Assembly: GCA_965645245.1 (NCBI GenBank)
Contig: OZ287070.1
Span: 124,001-188,000, forward strand
Direction of reading: 5' to 3'
Source: Massalongia carnosa
Lineage: Eukaryota
Length of the DNA: 64,000 bases
Part shown: one piece after another, positions 46,494 to 56,753 of the stretch
Layout of the letters: every line of letters begins with the position of its first letter
Position numbering within the stretch: the stretch's first letter is position 1
Notes under the pieces: model-generated
Told to the model about the DNA's origin: nothing
Databases searched by the model: none
The model's input: only the letters and a program-made list of their open reading frames with translations
Made by a program: the position numbers and the translations under genes

Positions 46494-48925
46494 TGTCAAA
46501 TTATAGGATAACTAATCCTAAACATCAGTGGTAACTCAGGATGATATATCCGAAGGGTTATTCCGGCCCGACTAGACACGTGGCCTCCCCCCTTAGATAG
46601 ATTCCCACTTTTCCACATCCTCCACAATACAATCAACATCTACACAATTCCCTGATCATGCCTTTTGACCCTTATATATTTGACAGTTATGAGCCCGGAT
46701 AGTCGTAAAGACACCGCAAATCGTCAAGAGCATTAGATTCTTAAATTCAACGAGACAGCAATCGCGAAAATGGCAGCAGAATCCAAAACGATGAGGACAA
46801 TCCTCGAGACAGCAGAGGATTGGGAGACGTGGTATGATGAATTGAAAACGATATCAGCTAACGAGTTTTGGAATATGGCAGATCCAGACCAACCTACTGT
46901 TCTTCCTGCGGCAGCTCCCTACAAGCCGGTAGTAGCAGACATAGTACAAGGAGAGACACTATACACAAACCTCTCAGCCGCAAATCAGCGAATGTTCGAT
47001 AATGCAAGAAAACATTACGAGTCGGATCAGAAAGACTATATAAGACAAGAAACCTCGTTGACGACGATAAGAAAACACATGGTAGAAACAGTTCCGATCA
47101 CAACCCGAACGAGCCTGAAAGCGAGTATGTCAGTAAAGGAGTGTCTCATTATCTTCCGAAACCTTATGGCACTTCCGACGGGACATTCCATGGCATTGGC
47201 GAAGGAGAAATATGATAAGTTGCTTAGGATGAAGGCGAAACCACTAGACTGGTTGGATAAGTGGGAGAAGGTAGTAGCCAAGGCCCGACAACACGATTTG
47301 TCGGAGTTCAAGCACGGAATATGGCTTGGAAATATGTCGTCGTGGATGAAACCACACGCACCAGAACTATCCTATGCACTTCGATCCAGAGGCAACGACG
47401 CCGCAAGAAATGACATATCGCAATATCCAGAAGTCCTACGAGAAATCCGAGAATACTTGAGAGATGGAGTGAAGCAGACGGTCCGGGGAGCCGCGTTCCA
47501 GACGTTAGTGGACGACGAAGACGAAGATGGCCTACTAGAAGAAGTAGCCAATACAGCCACTAAGAGAAAGAGGGCAAATACAACTGGACAATCTCACCGT
47601 GGAGGGAAAAGGCACGATAAGATATGCCCTGCGTGTGAAAGACCAGGCCATAATCTCGAGAACTTTTGGTTTATATTCCCAGAAGGGAAACCAGATGACT
47701 ACACTCTAGGGAAAAGGAAAACCGCTGGTCGGTTGTTCAGTAAGTTCCATAAGTTGAATCTACCCCCACCTCCCAAAACCATACGTGACCTGGAGGGTCA
47801 CATGTTCGAGTCTCACTTCATCGATGCCATCAGAGAACATCTCGGTGAGCATGAGAAGATGGAGACGTTTGAACTAGTCGAAAGCAAGCATACCATACGA
47901 CATCAAGTGCTGGACTGCATGTGGGTTTTCACCTACAAGACAGACAGTGATGGCTATTTGGTAAAATGCAAAGCTAGATTAGTAGTATTTGGGAATCAAC
48001 AAGAGGTTGGGGAACTACCAACACGAGCGACCACTTTGGCCAGCTCAGCATTCAGGTCCATGATGGCGTTAGTTGCGAAGTATGATCTGGAAACTAGACA
48101 ACTCGATGCAGTAAATGCATTTGTCAACTGTCCGCTGGACGAGGTGGTATATATACGTATTCCACCATATTATCCATTCACAGGTAGGCATTCGCATTCG
48201 CCGTCGAGCGGGCGGGCACTGAAAAGAGGACGAATCTATCAGAAGACCAAACAGCGGCGACCCCTGGTGAAATGATGACTTCTGTAAAAGGAAGGCCTTC
48301 ACACCCAAGAGAAAACGCGGCCAGTCTAGGTGAGAAACCATTCTGGAGAACTAGTCGACAAGGACTGATCACCCTTGAATCGGTATAGTCCCGGACAGTA
48401 AAGCTCAAAGGTGGAAGAGGTTAAATCAGAGATGTGGTCTAAAACAAAAATATGTGTTAAGACTGAGAAAAGCACTCTACTGCCTGAGACGGTCACCATG
48501 TCTACGGCAGAAGCATCTGTCAAAAACATTTCAATCCATGGAATTTAGGGCCATACCTCAAGAATCATGTATAATGATGAGAGGCGGAATCCTAGTATTC
48601 TATTATGTGGATGACACGGTATTTTGTTACCACAAATCGATCGAGGGTCAGGCCTTGAAAGCCATCGAGCATTTATGTTCAATATACACCATGAAATCAC
48701 TGGGGGAAATCGAATGGTTCTTAGGAATCAGAGTCATAAGAGATAGGTCTAAACGACTTCTATGGCTATCCCAAGAGGCCTATATTGATAAGATGGCTAA
48801 TAAATTCGATGTTCAACTAGATAAGAAACTACCAGATACTCCTATGATATCAACTCAATATACAGTCTCAGAAAACAAAGCTTCCCATCAGTCCATTCAC
48901 TTATATCAACAAAGGATAGGAACAG
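46494..48925 (+). mobile_element. Ty1/Copia remnant 2 (5' LTR, gag fused to RT by internal deletion)
   Basis: LTR TGTCAAA...TTTGACA at 46494-46685; PBS GTTATGAGCCC. ORF 46770-48275 joins gag (CPACERPGH) to RT (WVFTYK, KARLVV, QLDAVNAF); RT continues with LRKALY and YVDD at 48454-48925. Confidence 0.85.
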
Positions 48926-50424
48926 TGTTGAAGTGAATTGTTGATCACTATAGTGCATGTACGAATATTTAGAAGGAATAGTTTTCATTAATTCTATCGT
49001 GGGTGCTTTTGAGCACCCACATCGGCTAAACTACCCTAGGCCCATTCCGGCCAAGCAGTCACCAACTGCCTGACACTTGTCCGTTAGGCTAATGTTTAGC
49101 GTAACATCAACACTCCCACTCAGGCATGGTGTCTGCCTTGGTTGATGCTATTCAGAAATTGCCCTGTCCTACCTCATGCCCATCATGGCCCTAAAGGCCT
49201 TGAACCTTGCTGGTGGTAGCGGCTTTGTCATCCCATCTGCTATCATTTCATTCGTTGAAATGTATGTGATGATTATCTTTCGGTCTAGTACAACTTCCCT
49301 TATCCAATGATGTCGTACGTCAATATGCTTTGTTCATTTATGGAACTCTGGGTTAGCGGTAAGGTCAATCGGCCCCTTGTTGTCTGCTCGGAGGTCTGCT
49401 GGTTGGTCAGGTCGTCTGTGCCCGAGGGCCTCGAGGAAGCGAGAGCACCATAAGGCCTCCTTCCCTGCTTCAGTGATCGCCATATACTCAGCTTCGCATG
49501 AAGACAGAGCGACGGTCGGTTGTTGTTTTGATTGGTGAGAAATTGGACAGCCCGAAAGCATCCAAACGTACCCACCGGTCGACTTTCTTCCATCTACGGT
49601 CCCCGCCCAATCAGAGTCAGTGTATCCGATTAGTTCATCCGGAGAGTCAGCCGAAAATGTCAGTCCTATGGTCAGTGTCCCTGCTAAATAGCGGAAGATT
49701 TGTTTGACTAGCTGTATGTGGGTGGGTCCGGGGTTGCTGCAATAGCGGCTGAGGACTCCCACAGAATAAGAGATGTCGGGTCGGGTGTGGACTGCTGGCC
49801 ACATTAGTGACCCAATTGCTGACTGATACCAGGCCACATTGGCTTTGTCCGCCACCTGTTTTGAGGGTAGAAGGGAGCTTGCTACTCCCGGATCCATTGG
49901 TATGGAGGATTGCTTGCAGTCGGTCATTCCGAAACGGTCCAGAACCTTTTTGAGGTAGGTTGTTTGACGAAGGATTATTGTTTTTCCAACGTCAACGTCA
50001 ATTTCCATTCCTAAATAGTGAGAGACGTCACCCAGGTTCGTCATTTTGAACCGATCAGATAGTTGTTTTTGTATGAACTCGAGGCGGGGTATGTCTGCCC
50101 CAAAGAGTAGTAGGTCGTCCACATATATCGCTATGAATTGCTTCTTGTCATCAGAAACAAACACTCCATGATCAAGTTCCAAGCGATGAAATCCTAGTTT
50201 CTTCAGGAAATCAACAAGGGTCTGGTACCACACTTGTGGTGATTGTTTCAGTCCATAAAGTGCTTTGATCAGCTTACAAACTAGGTGCGGTGTCGGGTTG
50301 AATAAATGAGGTTGTTCGACAAATATCAGTTCATCCAGATATCCATAGAGAAAAGCGGTCACAACATCCATATGACGAATGGTAAATCCACGTTTAACTC
50401 CAACACCCATCATGGCCTTCTATG
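48926..50424 (-). mobile_element. Ty1/Copia remnant 3 (RT-RNaseH and 3' LTR)
   Basis: LTR 48926-49112 (TGTTG...CAACA); PPT TGAGTGGGAG on the minus strand. ORF 49334-50413 has HMDVVTAFLYG, YVDD, TRPDI, YTDSDWAG and SSCEAEY. Confidence 0.9.
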
Positions 50425-50661
50425 ACCCTTATCGGTGCCGTTACCTTCGCTTGCGCTGGGGGGGGCTTTTAATTGGATGAATTGATTTGAATGCTTAACT
50501 TTGATTGGGCATGGGAACGACACAGGTCAGCCCGGGCAGGCCTAGGCACGTGACTCGGGGTCGGTGCTGAGGTGAGAACCTCATCTTCTAGGCCCGAGGC
50601 GTCTGCTGACGCTCAACGATCCGATAGATGATGCCCGACGGCAGTGCCCGACGGCGATGAT

Positions 50662-51825
50662 CTAGATGGAGGTGCCCGGCGGCGCTCCGGATCGATGCCC
50701 TGGTTGACCTGTACGCCCAATGGAATGCCCAATTGAGTAGGGGTAGGAGTTTGTAGGATTCGTCTCGGCGACGCCAGCACGTGGGACTGCCAGAGGGATG
50801 CCTTTTTGAAAACTGAGGTTCAAATTGAATAGTGAGGCCTGGGACGTCTGAAAGTATAGCTGAAACGCGTTTGATGACCATCTTCCGAGTCTCTGAATAC
50901 TCTCATCCAGCATCCCGTGGTCGGCGGCGTGTTGTGCTACTCCTTTTCTGAAGCTGTGTCCCGAGTATGCCGAGTCGTTGATGCCGGCGGCTATCAGTCT
51001 CTTTTTCAGGGATGCTATGACGGAGGCTCTGGTGAATGCGGTGCCGAGACGAAAAAGCGGGGATGTAGATGGCTGAGGATCATTTCTGAAAAGACGCCGT
51101 AGTGCTGTCACGGGGCAAGTGCTCTCATTGGTCGCTGCCAGCACTATCTGAACTCCTGAGTGATTTGTGTCTGTTTTGCTTCTTTTGAGACGTAATGTCG
51201 CGTATTGATCGTTCTCGGCGAATGAGATGTCACCTCGTGTAGGTTTCAATCTCTGAAAAGATGTCTTCTTACGATCGGCGACAGTGTAGGTGATTTCCCC
51301 GAGTCTGAGGAACCCTGCCCATGCAACTTTGAATGTCGCGTCGATGTTGAGGTCTTCGGCCGAATGAGCGGGAATACTGGTGATTTTTGTCAGTAATTCT
51401 TTTGAAATGGGTAGGCGTCTTCTTTTTGTCTGAGAAAAGATCCTTTTTCCCCCTTTCAGCATCAATTGAAGTCTCGGCCCCTCGAATGGGGTGAGGCCGT
51501 ATCCTCGGTCTACATGGTATGATCTGAGGCCGGCGAGGTAGCTCGCTGCCGTCTCTGGTTTTATCTTTCCCTGCTTGGGTGTGCCGCCCCCGTATAGTCG
51601 ACCGGCTAGCCATTCCTCGAGGGACTCGGTTGTTGCAGGCCACGACGTGCGTCCCGTCGTCGCGCAGAATGCCTCGTATGAGTCGATCGCCGTCCCGTAC
51701 CCTTTTCTCGTGTCCGCCGAGTGTCCGTGCCAGACGAGGCGTTTTACCAGGGCTGACCCTGGTGTGGAGGATAGGTAGGTGGAGGGAGGTTCATCGAATT
51801 GTATGGGTTCTGCCAATGAGGGCAA
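50662..51825 (-). CDS. tyrosine recombinase of the Ngaro-like element
   Basis: AWAGFLRLGE (R), SKTD (K), YSGHSFRKG (HxxR) and LGRWSSNAFQLY (W, Y); overlaps the end of RT/RH. Confidence 0.92.
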   Translation of the reverse strand: MPSLAEPIQFDEPPSTYLSSTPGSALVKRLVWHGHSADTRKGYGTAIDSYEAFCATTGRTSWPATTESLEEWLAGRLYGGGTPKQGKIKPETAASYLAGLRSYHVDRGYGLTPFEGPRLQLMLKGGKRIFSQTKRRRLPISKELLTKITSIPAHSAEDLNIDATFKVAWAGFLRLGEITYTVADRKKTSFQRLKPTRGDISFAENDQYATLRLKRSKTDTNHSGVQIVLAATNESTCPVTALRRLFRNDPQPSTSPLFRLGTAFTRASVIASLKKRLIAAGINDSAYSGHSFRKGVAQHAADHGMLDESIQRLGRWSSNAFQLYFQTSQASLFNLNLSFQKGIPLAVPRAGVAETNPTNSYPYSIGHSIGRTGQPGHRSGAPPGTSI

Positions 51826-53447
51826 AAGTTAGCCAATCTTTCATCATCAAAACGTGACAGGGCGTCTGCTAGTCCATTGGAAGTGCCACTGATCCATTGA
51901 CAACGTAGTACGATGTCCCACTTTGCAGCTATGGACAGTATTTCTCGTAGAGGCGCGTTGGCCGGTCCCTTGAGGGTTAGATTCGTGAATCCTGTGTATG
52001 CTGTGTTGCTGTCGGTAAAGACAAGGATCTGTCGATGTCGCCATGTCGGCGCCTATTTCTGAAGGATTAGAAGGATAGCCTCGACTTCTCGGACGTTTAT
52101 GCTCGGTGATTCTTCCTGATTGAGGACTAGGACTCGGGCCCTACATGCATTTTTTTGATTCACGAGCTCGTTGTCTTGTTGAAAATAGCCTCCGAGACCC
52201 GTGAGGCATGCATCCGTATGCACCTTGATCGTGTCTCGTGTTGACGTCTCGAAGAAGACAATACCGTTGAAGTCCACTAAAAGTTTGTTCCACCAGATGA
52301 GATCCTGTCTGACCCATGTGGGAATTCTTCTTTTGACCCGACGATGACTGCCCGAGGGAAATGAGGCTATAAAATTCCAGAATAATCGTAAGAAGACTCG
52401 GCCCAATTTGACTGCCTGTGCGCAGAAGCTTAGGAAGCCCGCTATTGACTGCATGTCGCCGAGGCTGATTGTCGTCTCGTTTAGTGCCTTTGTAGTGATG
52501 ATTCTCGCTTTTTCCAGCTTGTCCGCTGGCAGACGAATAAGACTGTTGATGGTGTCGACCTCGAGTCCGAAGACTGTCGCTGTCGTTCCCTCGGCGTCTT
52601 TTGAGTCGTTTCTCGGGATGCCGAGAATGTCGGTGAGAATGTTGTAGGCTTTTGTTTCTTGGTGCAATCGTTCTGACGATGTCTCGGATGGGAAACTTGC
52701 AACGAAGTCGTCTAGATAGTGATGTAATCTCCATTGTAGAAAGGATTCCAAAATCCAATGAAAGCCTTCCGCAAAAAGATTGAAGATGAACGGGGCCGTC
52801 GACAGTCCGAACGAAAGGCATGTCTCGGTGTAGAATTCGTCATTCCATCCGAAACCCAGAAGCCATTGATGATGAGGTGCGACGGGAACGTTTCGAAAGG
52901 CGTCTTTGACGTCTCTTTTCACTATGACAGCACCTTTGCCCTCTGACAGAATCAATTGAATAATGTCGTCGAGTCTGGCGTATTGTAATTTGGATGCCTC
53001 TTCTGGAATGTTGTCGTTGACTGATGTTTGATTGGGATGAGACAGATGATGAATGCGTCGCCATCCTCCGTCATGTTTCGGGACCAAGCCGAGGGGGGAG
53101 GCCACAAATGGCTGACTCGGGGCGGCTATTCGTCTGACTCGGCCCTTCCTGAGGTCCTCTTGAAGCTTATTCTCGATCGTTTCCGGGTCCTCATTCGCTG
53201 ATGTCAGATTTTTTTCGATCCGAAGGATGTCTGTGGGGCCTTCGTATCCGATTTGTACTCCGAAACGAAGGATCATGGGCAGATGGACTCGGAGGGGGCC
53301 CGGATACTCTTGAAGTAGGGTTGCCCATGCGGACGGTACGAGGGGAGATGGGCTGTCTTTCAAACGCTGACGAGATGCGTCTACGAGTTGAAACGAAGGG
53401 ATTGTATTTGGTCTGATTGGTGCAGGTAAGCAGGGATGGGACGTCAT
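51744..53447 (-). pseudogene. RT-RNaseH of the Ngaro-like element, one in-frame TAG at 52053
   Basis: SPLGLVPK, RRIHHLS, DVKDAFR, LSFGLSTAP, HYLDDF and HTDAC; past the stop, VFTDSNT...LADALSR. Confidence 0.9.
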
Positions 53448-53492
53448 GAATTCAGCTATTGAAGCTATTCTACTGCCTCCCGCACCAACCCC

Positions 53493-54530
53493 CTATTTCT
53501 TCGTTGGGCATGTCTTCTGGCCATGCCCAGCCGCGCCGCACGATTTGCATTTGTGCTGTCGGTAGCACGACGGCCAGGTGCAGGTGCCGCTGTTGTACTT
53601 GTCGCAGATTTCAACCGCTGCCTTCTCGGCCCTCTCGGCCCTGTCTCCTCTCGGGGTCGGTCGTTGGGACGGCGGGGATCGTGAGCGGCGACGGCGTAGG
53701 ACTGTGAGGGGGGTGCAGAATCGAGCTTGGAATTCGTCGGGCATTTTCCATTGGGATGCGTCGGATGGCTGAGACGCGATGATGTGGGTGTGGGTTTCGA
53801 TGGCGAGGGGGAGGACTGCTTCCTGCCACTCGTACACCTTGGCCAGCGTGAGGATTTTCCCGTGGAATGCCGACATGGTGGCGTGAAGCTGTTGACTCGA
53901 TTTCCCGAAAAGACTGACCAAGATCGAGGTGTAGTTGATGAAGCTCTCGGTCCAGACGTCATGAACTGTCTTTCCGAAATCTTTGTAGGTCCCGGATGCC
54001 TTTCTCAACCTCAAGGCGCCGTCTTCGATGCCGATGCGGTCTTGATCCTTGTATGACTCGTATTGCATGCCGTGCATGTGTTGGAGGCGGGAGAGGTTGA
54101 TGGCTTTGAATTTATTTGAAAAGATCTTGATGATCTCGTCCTGTGGTAGGCCCGCGAAACGGGGTGCTATGCTTCTTACTTCGAGAGGGATCTCACCTAG
54201 GTCCTCGTCGTCATCGCCGACGACACGACTCGGCTTGCCAGCAGGAATGACGGCCGCTATTCGGGCGTCAGATTCTCGGCGCATGCAGTCGATTTCTAGC
54301 TGCATTTTTTCCACCTCCTTCTCGGCGACCAATGCCTTGGACTCGGCAATTCTAGCCTCAGCCTCGGCCGCCTTCGCTTCCGCCTCGGCTTTCTTCTTTT
54401 GTAGGGCGAAGATTTGATTGGATTGGGCCTGCGTCAATCCGAAAATCTCCTGGGGGTCGGGGACTATGTCGTCCATCAAGGTGCTTTGGGAACGGGTGTT
54501 CGTCATTGGGAGGTAGGGGCACCGAGACAA
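53493..54530 (-). CDS. gag-like ORF1 of the Ngaro-like element
   Basis: 345-aa ORF with a coiled coil and C-terminal ICDKYNSGTCTWPSCYRQHKCKSCGAAGHGQKTC zinc fingers. Confidence 0.85.
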   Translation of the reverse strand: MSRCPYLPMTNTRSQSTLMDDIVPDPQEIFGLTQAQSNQIFALQKKKAEAEAKAAEAEARIAESKALVAEKEVEKMQLEIDCMRRESDARIAAVIPAGKPSRVVGDDDEDLGEIPLEVRSIAPRFAGLPQDEIIKIFSNKFKAINLSRLQHMHGMQYESYKDQDRIGIEDGALRLRKASGTYKDFGKTVHDVWTESFINYTSILVSLFGKSSQQLHATMSAFHGKILTLAKVYEWQEAVLPLAIETHTHIIASQPSDASQWKMPDEFQARFCTPLTVLRRRRSRSPPSQRPTPRGDRAERAEKAAVEICDKYNSGTCTWPSCYRQHKCKSCGAAGHGQKTCPTKK

Positions 54531-54968
54531 CGTGAGGTCGACGACGAGTCAGTGAGATTGGAAAAGCAGCAAGCACTGACAGCGAGGTAGGGGCACCGAG
54601 ACAACGTGGGGTCGACGACGAGTCAGTGAGATGGATGAGGCCGAGTGAGAAGAAGTGAATGAGGAAAGAATTTTCAGAGGGTGATTCTTAATTTACTTTG
54701 ACTCAGGGGCCTCACGTGACATAGAACCATCTCATCTATGTATTGTCTCTTGAGATTCTCATCCATCACTAGGTCATGAGCACGGGTGTCTTTTTGGTCC
54801 CAGCTTTGCACCAAGGAACCCAAGCTTCAGCAGGTTTTTGTCGACAATCTCCTGCTTGTGGGCCTACATCTCGTCGAAATCCCCAGTTTACACTGATAAA
54901 GCTACCATTTAGATAATCGGCTTTGGGGTCGCAAGCTAGAGCGAGACACCACCGGTTTGGATACCCTT

Positions 54969-56368
54969 CACGTGGGTGTCAAAAGTTTTTACCTAATGGG
55001 GGTCCCCCTCACCAAAATTTTCAAGGCATCTCACCAAAATCATCAGAATTTACCATAGATCGGATTTTATTGCTTTGCCCTCCGTCGCTATTAATCTCTT
55101 ACATCGATCAGGCATCTCCTTAACTCGGGCCCGAATTTCATTTATAGAGATTTGTCCCATTCATCTAGAATCACCTGTTTTAACTCTCTCACATTGCTGC
55201 ACCGTCGCTGTCTAACTCGCTATTTCATAATATTCCATACCCCGTCCGTTGGATTGAGATCAGGGGATTGCGAAGGATGATTCAACGTTTCAATCCAGCT
55301 AGCTGCCTTGAATCTACGTACGATATTGTCTGTAGATCGTGTGCCGTGACTAGGATCGTTATCTTCTTGAAAGATGCAAAATCGATCATGAAAAACACGA
55401 CATTTATGAATTTCAGTCATATAGTCGGGAAGCAGACGCTCCGTATAATAAGCTTGAGTTATGTTATTGCCTTTTGATTTAATCTCTATATCGTGAGGTA
55501 GAGACGCCTTCCATTCAGCTATTCGCTGACGATGATCATGCTCCGTTTCATACTTCGACTTGCATGGTTTTCTGGGCTTGTGAACCTGAATTTCAGGCGC
55601 GTCGTGCTCGTCATTGTAAAACGTCAGAGGCCCTTTATAATGCCACGAAATAGAAGCGGCCACATGCAGTTTTATCCCCTTCATGTCCGGCATCTTTTGC
55701 ATGTTTTCTGACTCGTATCTAGTGCCTTCTTCTCGAAAAACTCGCTCTTGCTACGTTTGATCCGGGTCGAAATGAGCCTCAGCCGTGAAATGAACGTACT
55801 GCCAAAAATTCTCAATATTATGATTTTCATGCTCTTTCCCGTATAGAACTCGTAGTCGCTCGTTTTTCTGACTGAGCGTTTTCACCTTCGCTTTTTTAAA
55901 TCGAGCGGCACGAGGTTTGCGAGCACTGAATGCTCTTTGCAGTGTACGTCGCGTTGCATCTATATGAAAGTGCTACAATTGTACGGTGTACGGCTGATCG
56001 CGAACGCTATTTATATGTGGATCCAGCATCTGATTTATCAACTGAGTGCTCACTTTTTTAGGTCGACCGCTACGAGAACGTCTTCAAGGCGCTGGCGTTG
56101 CTTCAGCCAATATTTTCCTCGATCGAGCTTGATGCTCTCCTGCTCGCAGACATCTTTGATGGTGACATTTTCTGGCCGATGATCAATAGAATGAAAAAAG
56201 TGGGGTTTTCTGATGGTATCAGCATCAGGGGATTTTTTTGCCTGTGGTGGTGGAGTAGATGGTGCCATGGTTGATTGGGGGAGGAAATCTAAAAAAAAAT
56301 TTCATGTACATGGGGGATTTTCGCTTAAAAATCCTACACTCATTAGGTAAAACTTTTGACACCCGCTG
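54969..56368 (-). mobile_element. Tc1/mariner-like DNA transposon, degenerate
   Basis: TIRs GGGTGTCAAAAGTTTT(T)ACCTAATG at both ends. Transposase fragments from 56268 include HFTAEAHF, QEDNDPSH and SPDLNPTDGVW. Confidence 0.85.
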
Positions 56369-56393
56369 TGCTTGACTACCGCACCGTGGCTAG

Positions 56394-56579
56394 TGTTAGT
56401 GTTTAGGCTAGGAGGCCAAACCAGAATGTGTCAGGCAGTTGGTGACTGCCCGTTTGGGCCTAGCGTGCATTTTGGAGTTTTGGTGAAATCTCTGCAGATA
56501 GTAAACAAATGAACTATCCCTTCTAAATATTCGTGTCATGCACCAAGGTGATCAAGTCTCGACCCCAATAGGTTATGAG
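56394..56579 (+). mobile_element. Copia-type 5' LTR plus PBS remnant, related to the LTR at 48926-49112
   Basis: Shares GTGTCAGGCAGTTGGTGACTGC and CCTTCTAAATATTCGT with the reverse complement of 48926-49112; followed by GGTTATGAG. Confidence 0.7.
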
Positions 56580-56753
56580 AACCTGGATGCGCGTACTGCA
56601 TGACAAATAGCATGATTAATTAGACCACGAGTATTTCTAATCAGGACTGTTGACTAGCCAATTAGCTGTACCTGCGACCACAGTGGTAGTTGACCAGCCA
56701 GTGAGCTACTACCCCGACCGACCTGACCCGACCGACCAATCGTTTTCTGTGCC

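Larger units (their letters stand above)
50425..54720 (-). mobile_element. tyrosine-recombinase retrotransposon (DIRS order, Ngaro-like); boundaries approximate
   Basis: Three adjacent or overlapping minus-strand ORFs: gag, RT/RNaseH and YR. No LTRs and no methyltransferase segment were seen. Confidence 0.88.

Noticed and set aside
50662..51825. Starship captain or Crypton tyrosine recombinase
   Set aside because: It is short, intronless and overlaps an RT/RNaseH ORF downstream of a gag-like ORF, which is the DIRS/Ngaro layout.
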